Positions 35,096 through 44,279 of a DNA stretch of 64,000 nucleotides are shown one piece after another. Numbering within the stretch: position 1 is the stretch's first letter; every line of letters starts with the position of its first letter. Where the stretch lies: assembly GCA_028696075.1 (NCBI GenBank), contig JAQVHS010000005.1:6656-70655 (forward strand). Reading direction: 5' to 3'. The position numbers and the translations under genes are program-made. The notes beneath the pieces are model-generated. The model saw only the letters and a list, made by a program, of their open reading frames with translations. It was not told the origin of the DNA and did no database searches. The stretch is from Candidatus Gastranaerophilales bacterium. Its GTDB lineage: Bacteria > Cyanobacteriota > Vampirovibrionia > Gastranaerophilales > JAILCC01.

Positions 35096-36751
35096 ATGCG
35101 CATAAAAAATATCCGGTTTTTTGAAAGCCATTTTGGCATTGCTTTTAAAAATGATGTTTTTGTTGCGTTTAAAACCCCAACTATTCTAGCACAGAATTCT
35201 TTGCCATTTGATAATGTATCTATCTCTCATCCTAAACAAATATCTTCTGTGCAACCCCAAAATAATATGCTAAAAACAACCTCAATAATTGCAGGGAGTG
35301 TACTGGCGGGTATTGGCGGGATTTTCTTAATCAAAAAGCTAGCCTCACGAGGGGTTAATAAATCGACAGAAGATGTCTACCAAACATTAAAAACCCAATA
35401 TCAAAATATCTTACAGCAATTTCCTCAAGATAAATTTTACTATGAGCAATTGGCTAAAAGCGTAGGATTGCAAGCCGGAGAAGAATTTAAACTTGCTTCA
35501 ATTGTAGGAACTACGCAGCTTAAAAAATTTTTAAACACTTTTACACCGCAGGATTTTCAGGTCGGTAAAAATATCGAAGCAATTGACAATTTTACATACA
35601 GAGTAAATTTGCACAATCATACAACCACTTCTGACGGTAAATTATCTGTAGAACAATTTTTGGAACATGCACGTAGGTGGTCTGATAAGGTCGCACAAAA
35701 AATCGGCGATGACGGGAAACCTCCTTTTACAATAGCAATAACCGACCATGATACAGTGGATGGTGCCAAAAGAGCAGTGGAAATTATCGCAAAAAATCCT
35801 GATGCCTACAAAAATCTAAGACTTGTTTTGGGCGGTGAGTTTTCATTAGTACATACTGACGCCAATGATGTCAACACTCCGCTTAATTATGAAATTTTAG
35901 GCTATTGCCTCAATCCATTTGATAAAGTGTTAGATGGATTTTTACAAAAACTTAGAAATTCAAGAATTATTGTTATGAAAAAAATTCTTGAAAATGCAAA
36001 TAAACTTTACCCTGAATACAGATTTGATTGGAAAGAAGCTCAACTGTGCGGAAATAACTTGGGAAAAGCATTATCCAACGGCTATATTTATAATCTAAGA
36101 GATTATATGGCACTTAAAGCTGGGATATACGAGTTCGCCAAACAAAAAAATAATGATTTTATTACAAATCTACTCCACACCGTAGGAGCAGATTTTATAG
36201 AAAAATCAGCTTTTCAACGAGTTGATAATGCATACATAAGTCGTTATTTAGAAAACTCGAAATTATCCGCAAATTTTGATACGGTCGCATCAAAAATCAA
36301 GCCGGAATTTTTAGAATATATAGATAAAACAAGAGATAACTACACCAAAAGCCTTCAAGCGTTAATTGATACAAACGCTTCAATTACTTCAAATAAATTT
36401 TTCAACGAGGCAACTGGTACTGATTTTAACGGATTTTTCGGATTAGCACACCCCGGATTGGTTGCATTAGCCGAAGGAAAAGATTATGGGCACGCTTTGC
36501 AAGTATATTGCAAAGATAAAAATATAGATTGGAAAGAACATTTGTTTGAAAAATTTTTAAATAAATTGATTTCTGACAGTAACGACAGATTAAATGCAGT
36601 TGAAATCAACTATCAGTCTTATGGGCAACGGTATAACGGTTTTGAAGATTATATCAAATACATAACAACAACTGTAAACAAGGCTAAACAAAAATTATTT
36701 AATACAGGTGGCGTAGATTGTCACGGCGAAACCATTTTCAGTGCAAAATAA
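35096..36751 (+). CDS. membrane-anchored PHP-domain phosphoesterase
   Basis: One TM (IIAGSVLAGIGGIFLI). PHP motifs NLHNHTTTSDG, ITDHDTVDG, GGEFS, GLAHPG and GGVDCHG. Confidence 0.7.
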   Translation: MRIKNIRFFESHFGIAFKNDVFVAFKTPTILAQNSLPFDNVSISHPKQISSVQPQNNMLKTTSIIAGSVLAGIGGIFLIKKLASRGVNKSTEDVYQTLKTQYQNILQQFPQDKFYYEQLAKSVGLQAGEEFKLASIVGTTQLKKFLNTFTPQDFQVGKNIEAIDNFTYRVNLHNHTTTSDGKLSVEQFLEHARRWSDKVAQKIGDDGKPPFTIAITDHDTVDGAKRAVEIIAKNPDAYKNLRLVLGGEFSLVHTDANDVNTPLNYEILGYCLNPFDKVLDGFLQKLRNSRIIVMKKILENANKLYPEYRFDWKEAQLCGNNLGKALSNGYIYNLRDYMALKAGIYEFAKQKNNDFITNLLHTVGADFIEKSAFQRVDNAYISRYLENSKLSANFDTVASKIKPEFLEYIDKTRDNYTKSLQALIDTNASITSNKFFNEATGTDFNGFFGLAHPGLVALAEGKDYGHALQVYCKDKNIDWKEHLFEKFLNKLISDSNDRLNAVEINYQSYGQRYNGFEDYIKYITTTVNKAKQKLFNTGGVDCHGETIFSAK

Positions 36752-38201
36752 ATTTTTGAAGTTGGGTAATTATTTAGATATGCATGATGATGCTTTTGCT
36801 CCGGAAAATAAAAAAATCAGAAGGACTAATTTAAATTTTTTAGATAAATTAACAACTGATATAAACAAAAAACGTTTTATAGATCATTATTGTTCGTTAA
36901 CAGGCTTTCCAGATCTAAAAAAAGTTGCACAAATGATAGAAGATACCTTTTTAAATGCCATCACTAAAAGCTCTAATGACCTTAAAAATTCTAATAGCTA
37001 TCAGAGCAGTTATTTTGACATAATAAAAGTTGGTTATGATGATACTTGTTCAGTTGGACTACAAAAGGCTTATCCTGGTTCAGATATTGATAAAGGGTAC
37101 GTTATTATAAAAGGCAGCAATAATGATGAATTAAATGAAAAATTGGTTAATGAGTTCAAAGGAAAATTATGGGAAAATACTGATCAAAGAATCTTAAGTT
37201 TTAATCGTGGAGTATCATCAGTTCCTATAGTTTATACGCTAAAACAAATTATTGATATGTCAAAAAAGATTGAAAAAAATATGGGACAAAAAAATATAAA
37301 TAAAGAACTAATAACTAAGGCTTTTACAGTATATGATACTGAATTTAAAACTTCTGCTTATTATAATGAGATGGTATCTGAAACTTTTCCAAGAGGACAT
37401 TATACAAATATTAAGTATTTAAATCCTGCAAACCCAATAAAAAATGATATTAAAAATTTCGCCTTTTTTATCGAAATACTAAGAGAAGGTAAGACTCTAT
37501 TTGAAACAGATAATAATAATTATTTGAGTTCAATGAACTACATTAAAAGTACGGATTTTTATAAATATTCGAATTTATGTCAAACAAATTATATTAAACT
37601 TTCACTAAAACCTAAAATAATAAGAAAGATCATCAAAGGTTTTTTCAAAGATACTATTATAGAAATATTTCAAGAACCTCAAAACAAAGGTAAATCAAAA
37701 TTAATCAGAAGACAAGAATTAGCAACAAAATTTAATACTATGCCAATTTCAGATCAATATGCACTTATTAAATCAATTATATATGCGAGTTGTGATGACA
37801 AAATAGATAACAGCTTGATTTTTGAAAATGATTTTGATATGGCAGTGAAGCTAGAAACGATTTTTAATTATATGGTTACAGGGAATAGAAATTTATTATA
37901 TATCCCTAAATTAGCTAGTTTTGCTGATGGTGAGTGGAGTTTCACATATGGTACACAAGCTCATCAAAGAGCAAATCTTTATTTGGGAAATTACGGTGGG
38001 GATAAAACAACATTATGGATAGATACAACAGACCCGGTAGCAATTGAACAAGCCATTAATAACATAGTTCTTATAAAGCAAATTGCAAAATTTAAAGATA
38101 TAACAAAAATACAAGCACCTTGCTATACGACTGAAAAAGAAACAAGGAACATAAATCAAAAATCATTTTATAATAAAGATATTTACGAATATAAGGTTTG
38201 A
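36741..38201 (+). CDS. hypothetical protein with nucleotidyltransferase-fold-like signature
   Basis: CSVGLQKAYPGSDIDKGYVII resembles the GS-x(9-13)-D-x-D minimal NTase motif. 11-nt overlap with the PHP gene suggests translational coupling. Confidence 0.45.
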   Translation: MQNKFLKLGNYLDMHDDAFAPENKKIRRTNLNFLDKLTTDINKKRFIDHYCSLTGFPDLKKVAQMIEDTFLNAITKSSNDLKNSNSYQSSYFDIIKVGYDDTCSVGLQKAYPGSDIDKGYVIIKGSNNDELNEKLVNEFKGKLWENTDQRILSFNRGVSSVPIVYTLKQIIDMSKKIEKNMGQKNINKELITKAFTVYDTEFKTSAYYNEMVSETFPRGHYTNIKYLNPANPIKNDIKNFAFFIEILREGKTLFETDNNNYLSSMNYIKSTDFYKYSNLCQTNYIKLSLKPKIIRKIIKGFFKDTIIEIFQEPQNKGKSKLIRRQELATKFNTMPISDQYALIKSIIYASCDDKIDNSLIFENDFDMAVKLETIFNYMVTGNRNLLYIPKLASFADGEWSFTYGTQAHQRANLYLGNYGGDKTTLWIDTTDPVAIEQAINNIVLIKQIAKFKDITKIQAPCYTTEKETRNINQKSFYNKDIYEYKV

Positions 38202-38361
38202 GTTAGAAACAAAAGGGTTTATCAGAGAATAAACAAAGGTAATCATATTGAGATAGACCTAACAGATAATAGCGGTTATTAAAAAAATATTAAAATATTG
38301 TAAAAAAAGCTTTGATGGCTTAAAATTGTTTTACGTGGTAATTAGTGTGAGAGGAATTATT

Positions 38362-39471
38362 GTGAAAGATCAAAAGAGCTATACGCTGGAACAAATTAAC
38401 GACATAGTGGGAGGTATACTAAACAAATTAGCCGATGGTATACAGGTCAGGAAAATTGCCCCGCCAAAATTGGCTGATGAGAATACCCTTGCGCTTGCCC
38501 TTTCTGAAGAAGAAATCGAAAATCTCTACACTTCAGAAGCAAAATGTGCGCTTGTTCCGTTGGGAGTGTCGTTGGAAAATCTTTCCACCATAGAAGTTGA
38601 ACGTCCTCGTTTAGCAATGATGAAGCTTATTCATTTATTTTATATGCCGCCTGATGCGCCTCAAGGTGTCCATTCGAGCGCAGTGGTTCATCCCGATGCC
38701 AAACTGGGCAAAAATGTTTCTATCGGTGCAAATGCCGTTATCTCAAGAGGAGCGGAAATAGGCGACAGCACAAAAATTCTTCCTAACTGTTACGTAGGCA
38801 GAAACACAAAAATAGGCAACAATTGTTTCTTCCATGCGGGTGTTAATGTCGGTGATGATGTACAAATCGGCAGCAATGTAATTATCCAGCATGGTGCAAG
38901 TATCGGCGCTGACGGTTTCAGCTTTGTTACCGAAACCCCAAGCAATATAGAGCAGGCAAAAGAAGATGGTGCTATTCAAGGCGAGCAGGCACAGCAAAGA
39001 ATTTATAAAATTCCTTCAATCGGTACCGTTATTATTCATGATGATGTAGAGATAGGCGCTAATGCTACCGTTGACAGAGGTACTATTGAAAATACCGTTA
39101 TCGGCAAAGGTACAAAAGTCGACAATTTGGTTATGATTTCTCATAACTGTAAAGTAGGTGAAAATTGTATGATAGTTTCGCAGGTAGGTATTGCGGGCAG
39201 CTGTAATATAGGTGACAGAGTAGTACTTGCGGGGCAGGTAGGTTTGGCTGACCACCTTAATATCGGGCATGACTCTATTATTATGGCTCAGGCAGGTGTC
39301 AGCAAAAGCTTTGGTCCTAAGAGCATTGTCGTTGGTACCCCTGCTGTTCCGAGGAAAGAATTTATTAAACAGCTTAAATATATAAAAGAGCTTGAAGATA
39401 TAGTTAAACAATTCAAGCAATATAAATCACAGCTTGACGAATTCATGTCAAAAGACGGCGGTAGTAAATAA
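38362..39471 (+). CDS. lpxD: UDP-3-O-acylglucosamine N-acyltransferase
   Basis: Left-handed beta-helix hexapeptide repeats and an LpxD-type N-terminal domain. GTG start after a GAGAGGA RBS. The track ORF starts at 38326. Confidence 0.9.
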   Translation: MKDQKSYTLEQINDIVGGILNKLADGIQVRKIAPPKLADENTLALALSEEEIENLYTSEAKCALVPLGVSLENLSTIEVERPRLAMMKLIHLFYMPPDAPQGVHSSAVVHPDAKLGKNVSIGANAVISRGAEIGDSTKILPNCYVGRNTKIGNNCFFHAGVNVGDDVQIGSNVIIQHGASIGADGFSFVTETPSNIEQAKEDGAIQGEQAQQRIYKIPSIGTVIIHDDVEIGANATVDRGTIENTVIGKGTKVDNLVMISHNCKVGENCMIVSQVGIAGSCNIGDRVVLAGQVGLADHLNIGHDSIIMAQAGVSKSFGPKSIVVGTPAVPRKEFIKQLKYIKELEDIVKQFKQYKSQLDEFMSKDGGSK

Positions 39472-40271
39472 TGATTAATACTCCGGTTCCTTTTGAAGGA
39501 AAAGCATTAATGAGCGGACAAAATGCCTGTATTACTATCGAACGCAGCGGCAAACCCGGAATTTGGTTTTCCCAAAACGGGGAAGAAATTCAGGCGCTTG
39601 CCGATAACGTTATTTCTACAAATAACTTTGTCGTGGTTGGTAATCAAAATGTGCAAGTTGCTCTGATTGAACATTTGATGGCTGCATTTGCTTTTTGCAA
39701 TATTAAAAATGCGTTAGTTAAACTTGACGGCAAAGAATTGCCGATTTTTGACGGCAGTGCTTCAAAATGGGTTGAGGCTTTAAAAAATTCTGACTTGGTT
39801 TCACAAGCACCTGTTGAAATAACAGAATTTGATGAGCCTTTATTTTATGAAGAAAACCTGACAAGTATTGTTCTTTTGCCTTCGGACAAATTCAGAGTTA
39901 CTTATATGATTGATTTTGACCACAAAGAGCTTAAAAACCGCTATGTGAGTTTTGAATTCGGCGAAGATAACAGCGAAATTATTAACGCCAGAACTTTTGG
40001 ATTTGTAAGAGATTTAGAGAAATTTCACCAAATGGGTATCGCACTTGGCGCAGGGCTGGATAATACGGTCGGGCTTACGGATGAGGGCGGTTATACTTGT
40101 GAATTAAATTCCGAATTTGAGCCTGTAAAACATAAGATACTTGATATGGTCGGTGATTTACATTTAACAGGCAAAAATCCTCTGGGCTTCAAGGCTCATA
40201 TCATTGCTAAAAAAGCAGGACATAAATCCCATGTTGAATTTGCAAAATTAGTAAGGACAAGTTTTAAATAA
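39471..40271 (+). CDS. lpxC: UDP-3-O-acyl-N-acetylglucosamine deacetylase
   Basis: IEHLMAAF, FGF.RD and HK.LD..GDL motifs of LpxC. Start overlaps the lpxD stop. Confidence 0.9.
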   Translation: MINTPVPFEGKALMSGQNACITIERSGKPGIWFSQNGEEIQALADNVISTNNFVVVGNQNVQVALIEHLMAAFAFCNIKNALVKLDGKELPIFDGSASKWVEALKNSDLVSQAPVEITEFDEPLFYEENLTSIVLLPSDKFRVTYMIDFDHKELKNRYVSFEFGEDNSEIINARTFGFVRDLEKFHQMGIALGAGLDNTVGLTDEGGYTCELNSEFEPVKHKILDMVGDLHLTGKNPLGFKAHIIAKKAGHKSHVEFAKLVRTSFK

Positions 40272-40286
40272 TAACAGGAGTAAATA

Positions 40287-40739
40287 ATGACTGAAGAAAC
40301 AAAAACAGAAAAACAATCTATGGATATACTGAAAATAATGTCTATGGTTCCCCACAGATATCCTTTTTTGTTGATTGACAGAATTACTGAATATGAGCCT
40401 GGGAAATATGTTAAAGGCTACAAAAATGTTACTATGAATGAAAATTTCTTTATGGGACATTTCCCTGAGAACCCGATTATGCCGGGGGTCTTACAGATAG
40501 AAGCTTTGGCTCAGATTTCTGCCGGCATGGTTATGACCTTGCCTGAATATAAAGGCAAACTGGCTCTTTTTGCCGGTATTGATAAAGCAAGATTTAAAAG
40601 AATAGTTCGTCCCGGCGACAGGCTGGATATGGAAGCTACGGTTTTAAAAGCTAAAGGACCTATTATAAAAGCCGGAGTCAGAGCCTCTGTTGACGGTGTT
40701 ACAGCTGTTGAGGCAGAACTTTTGGTTGCTATAAATTAA
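40287..40739 (+). CDS. fabZ: 3-hydroxyacyl-ACP dehydratase FabZ
   Basis: PHRYPFLLIDRI, FF.GHFP..P.MPGVL and EALAQ motifs. Confidence 0.95.
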   Translation: MTEETKTEKQSMDILKIMSMVPHRYPFLLIDRITEYEPGKYVKGYKNVTMNENFFMGHFPENPIMPGVLQIEALAQISAGMVMTLPEYKGKLALFAGIDKARFKRIVRPGDRLDMEATVLKAKGPIIKAGVRASVDGVTAVEAELLVAIN

Positions 40740-40816
40740 TATAACAACTTGCTTTGTATAGGCGTTTCTCCAATTTACCGGTTTTAAAATTTTCTTAAAA
40801 GCTGTATTATATAGCT

Positions 40817-41797
40817 ATGGAAGAAATTTTGCGCATAGAAAATTTAAAAAAGAAATTTCCTAAGAACAGGGATTTTTTTGGACGCTCAAAAGGCTGGGTT
40901 TTTGCACTGAACGGTGTAAATTTAACTATTAACAAAGGCGACAGTATGGGTTTGGTCGGAGAAAGCGGCTGCGGTAAATCAACTGTAGGACGATGTATTT
41001 TAAAGCTTATTGAACCCACCGAAGGGAATATTTTTTTTAATGGGCAGAAAATAACCGCTATAAAAAATTCTGAATTTAAGACTATCCGCCCCAATCTTCA
41101 AATAGTTTTTCAAAACCCTTATTCCAGCTTAAATCCCAGAATGAAAATAAAAGATATTCTGGAAGAACCGCTTAAAATTAATACAAAATCGAATAAAAAA
41201 GAACGCCGCGGCAAAATCCTTGAAGTACTTGAAATGGTTGGATTAGGTGAAGACATACTGGATAACTTTCCCCATGAATTTTCAGGCGGTCAAAGACAAA
41301 GAATAGTCATTGCCAAGGCTTTGATTTTAAACCCCGAATTTATTGTTGCCGATGAACCTATAAGCGCTTTGGATATCAGCATCCAGGCACAAATTATTAA
41401 CCTGCTTAAAGAATTAAAAGAAAAATTTAATCTCACTTATTTATTTATCTCTCATGACTTAGGTACGGTTAAACATTTTTGCAACAAAGTAGCGGTTATG
41501 TACTTGGGCGAAATTATAGAATTTGCACAAACAAACGAGCTTTTTGATAATCCTTTGCACCCTTATTCTAAACTGCTTTTAGGTTCACGACCGCTTATCG
41601 GCGTTAATAAAATTGACCGTGAAAATATTATTGATACTGAACCGCCAAGCAATGAAAATCTCCCCGGAGGCTGCAAATTTGCTTCAAGATGTGCTTACAA
41701 AATGGATATCTGTACCCAAAAAGAACCGCCCGATATACAAATTTCGCCCTCTCACTCCGTAAAATGCTTTCTTTATAACGAACAAAAAGAGCAGTAA
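40817..41797 (+). CDS. oligopeptide/dipeptide ABC transporter ATP-binding protein (OppF/DppF-type), solitary
   Basis: Walker A GESGCGKST. Signature FSGGQRQR. Walker B IVADEP. C-terminal PGGCKFASRC oligopeptide-type extension. No permease or SBP genes adjacent. Confidence 0.9.
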   Translation: MEEILRIENLKKKFPKNRDFFGRSKGWVFALNGVNLTINKGDSMGLVGESGCGKSTVGRCILKLIEPTEGNIFFNGQKITAIKNSEFKTIRPNLQIVFQNPYSSLNPRMKIKDILEEPLKINTKSNKKERRGKILEVLEMVGLGEDILDNFPHEFSGGQRQRIVIAKALILNPEFIVADEPISALDISIQAQIINLLKELKEKFNLTYLFISHDLGTVKHFCNKVAVMYLGEIIEFAQTNELFDNPLHPYSKLLLGSRPLIGVNKIDRENIIDTEPPSNENLPGGCKFASRCAYKMDICTQKEPPDIQISPSHSVKCFLYNEQKEQ

Positions 41798-41953
41798 TCG
41801 AAAAAAACAAATTTTTCTGATTTGTGCAGCGGTCTTGTGACGTTGAGTTTCACAAGCTAAAGCATTGCTCAACGCAAGCGCTTCAGCTTGTTCACATCCG
41901 ACAGGGTCGACTAATGCACAAATCGAAAAAAACAAATTTTTCTGATTTGTGCA
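41796..41953. repeat. 33-bp direct repeat flanking a 91-nt GC-rich insert
   Basis: AATCGAAAAAAACAAATTTTTCTGATTTGTGCA occurs at 41796-41828 and 41921-41953. The second copy lies inside a 16-bp perfect inverted repeat GACTAATGCACAAATC / GATTTGTGCATTAGTC. Confidence 0.85.
41853..41890 (+). other. hairpin motif with conserved 18-nt loop CATTGCTCAACGCAAGCG (instance 1)
   Basis: Stem CAAGCTAAAG / CTTCAGCTTG encloses the loop. The second instance at 61708-61747 has a different but complementary stem. Confidence 0.5.
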
Positions 41954-42020
41954 TTAGTCTCCGTCTGTAAAAATTTATTAAAAATTTTGGTTTTCGGCAA
42001 AATTTTAATATCATGGTTAA

Positions 42021-42998
42021 ATGAACGAACAAAAAAAGTTTTTAATAATAAGATTTGGAGCAATAGGTGATGTAGTTGTAACTACAGGGCTTGTTCGTGC
42101 GCTAAAAAAAACAGGCGCACAAATAGACTATCTCACGACTAAAGCCCCGTCTTTGCTGCTTGAAAACGACCCTGATATAGAAAAAATTTGGCTGCTTGAG
42201 AGTAAATCCTATTTTAATATACTTAATCTGGCTGACAAATTCAGACAGGAAAAATATGATTGCATATTTAATTTGCAGCCTTCCGTAAGGACAAAAATCT
42301 TATGCACATTAAGCTTCCCTAAAAAAACAGTTACTTACAAAAAGGATTATAAATTTCATGCTGTCGAAAATTTCTTCGATACAGGCAAAAAATACTGCCC
42401 TGATTTAGAATTGGACAAAAATTTAAAACTCTTTTTACCTGAAGAACTAAAAGAAAAAATGAATACCCGTCTGGAAAACAAGAAACGTATTTGCTTCAAC
42501 ATAGGCGCCAACTCAAGCAGACAAGGCAGAAAATGGGAAGTCAAAAATTGGGCGCAGCTTGCTCAAATGATAAAGGAAAAATATGACGTACAAATTGTAG
42601 CGATAGGCGCACAGGAAGATGTTGAAAAAGTAAATGAACTCACCTCGCTTTACAGCGGCATAACGTCTTTTGCGGGCAAATTATCATTAACGGAGTCCGC
42701 CTGCTTAATTTCCTGCTGTGATTTAATAATCTCGGGCGATACAGGTCCGTTGCATATAGCAACTGCATTAGGACCCGTATGTATAGGGCTTTACGGTTGC
42801 CCTGCCCCCTCAAGGAGCGGGCCTTACGGTGAAAAACACAGTGTGATTGTCAGTACTCTGCCCTGCGCCCCATGCGACGGGCGTAAATGCAAACTTTACA
42901 AATCAGAAGATGATAATATGCCCTGCATGCAGGAAATTAAACCTAAAAAAGTAATGAATTTAGTTGATACCGTATTAAACCAAATAATATATAATTAA
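42021..42998 (+). CDS. glycosyltransferase family 9 (LPS heptosyltransferase-like)
   Basis: N-terminal IIRFGAIGDVV and C-terminal GDTGPLHIA motifs typical of RfaF/WaaC-type GT9 enzymes. Confidence 0.8.
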   Translation: MNEQKKFLIIRFGAIGDVVVTTGLVRALKKTGAQIDYLTTKAPSLLLENDPDIEKIWLLESKSYFNILNLADKFRQEKYDCIFNLQPSVRTKILCTLSFPKKTVTYKKDYKFHAVENFFDTGKKYCPDLELDKNLKLFLPEELKEKMNTRLENKKRICFNIGANSSRQGRKWEVKNWAQLAQMIKEKYDVQIVAIGAQEDVEKVNELTSLYSGITSFAGKLSLTESACLISCCDLIISGDTGPLHIATALGPVCIGLYGCPAPSRSGPYGEKHSVIVSTLPCAPCDGRKCKLYKSEDDNMPCMQEIKPKKVMNLVDTVLNQIIYN

Positions 42999-43034
42999 GT
43001 AAAACTTATATAAATAAAAAGAGGAGAATCGAAT

Positions 43035-43511
43035 ATGAAAAAAACAATTTTAACACTAGGTGCCTGTTCACTTTTAGCAATTGCGGCAAACCTCCCTGTT
43101 ATGGCAAACGACGATATTTTCGGCGAAATCGATGTAAAAAACTACACGGAAGTTAAACCTCCTGCAGCAGCTGAACCTGCATTAACCTCTACATTAACCC
43201 CTGCGGTTACCAAATCTGCCGATAAAAACGCCGAAGTGATTGTACCGGGTGCAAATCAAATGAAAAAAAGTGAAGTGATGACTACCCAAAACCTTCAAAC
43301 TTCTATCTCCAATCTGGAATCGGCTCAAGCAGATTTAAGAAGTAAGTTAACTACAGCCCAGCAAAATTATGCTACCGTTGATGCCAACTATGTTCGTATT
43401 AAAAAAGAAAGAGAAGCTTTAAACAAGATTGTTAAACAAACAACAAACAGAATTAAAGCTTTGGAAAAAACAAAAAAGAACATCCGCAAAACAATGGAAA
43501 CTGCGCAGTAA
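43035..43511 (+). CDS. secreted coiled-coil protein (158 aa)
   Basis: GAGGAG RBS. Signal peptide MKKTILTLGACSLLAIAANLPVMA. Helical C-terminal half. Confidence 0.5.
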   Translation: MKKTILTLGACSLLAIAANLPVMANDDIFGEIDVKNYTEVKPPAAAEPALTSTLTPAVTKSADKNAEVIVPGANQMKKSEVMTTQNLQTSISNLESAQADLRSKLTTAQQNYATVDANYVRIKKEREALNKIVKQTTNRIKALEKTKKNIRKTMETAQ

Positions 43512-43529
43512 TCAAACATTTTCTATACA

Positions 43530-44017
43530 GCCGCCAAGACAGTATTCCCTACGCTTCGCTCCGGTCAGCCTGGTGTAGATTCGCCGTGTCACAACAGTTA
43601 AACACCATGTTCTAAAATCTTGCAACAATCCGACCCGCGTCAGCGGCTGTCTTGGATTATGCACAACTCATAATGCTTAGTTTCATTTCGACATTTTGCT
43701 ATCGCAAAAGTCTTCATTGCACTGCATTATTCGAACAGACGGCATTCCCTACGCTTCGCTCCGGTCAGCCTACCGCAAATCCGCTGTCTTGGATTTTTGG
43801 GCGTGCATAGCCTGCCATTTCACTACAACATTTTTCTGACAAAAAAGTTTCCGTTCAATTCGGCTATTGCTCTTACGGGTTGGGTTCGGCTTTGCCTCAC
43901 ACGGCACCCTTCCAAAAATCCGCTGTCTTGGATTATGCGGGTCGTCGGAAAACTCATCGCTTCCCTCCGACTTACGGCGTTCCTTCACTATGTTCAGTCA
44001 GCCTACCGCAAATCCGC
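43530..44017. repeat. cluster of degenerate GC-rich repeats
   Basis: ATTCCCTACGCTTCGCTCCGGTCAGCCT x2 (43544, 43744) plus a degenerate third copy (43979). CAGCCTACCGCAAATCCGC x2. CCGCTGTCTTGGATT x3 and its inverted copy CCAAGACAG at 43533. Confidence 0.75.
43783..43922 (+). mobile_element. 140-nt inverted-repeat element, copy B (homolog of 12184-12320)
   Basis: Ends GGATTTTTGG / CCAAAAATCC. Shared core CATAGCC..TTTTTCT..AAAAAG..TCAATTCGGCTA..CTTACGGG. Flanked by a 19-nt direct repeat AAATCCGCTGTCTTGGATT. Confidence 0.55.
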
Positions 44018-44041
44018 AAAAAAAGAGGCACTGTGTGCCTC
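44018..44041 (-). terminator. rho-independent terminator (minus strand) downstream of murJ operon
   Basis: GAGGCAC / GTGCCTC stem with 3-nt loop, followed on the minus strand by TTTTTTT. Confidence 0.6.
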
Positions 44042-44279
44042 GTACTTCCATTAAAATCTTCCCAATTTTTAGAGTTATAAAATCTTTTGATTAATCTTGT
44101 TTGTGGTGTCTTATGTTTATATAAACGTATCCAAAAAAGCTTAATTGCGCTCATTTTTCCGTCAAAATTTTTAAATTATCAAAAATAATGTAAAAGTATA
44201 TACCAATGATATAAAAAATATTTTTCTTTAATATACATAAGTGATAAAAAATCAATAAAATTGATTTGTAACGGTTTGT

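Noticed and set aside
43770-44154. Overlapping small ORFs in three frames (43770-43988, 43797-44054, 43867-44094, 43880-44080, 43972-44154)
   Set aside because: They are mutually overlapping, lie in a GC-rich repeat patchwork and have Arg/Pro/Ser-rich junk composition. I treated them as non-coding.
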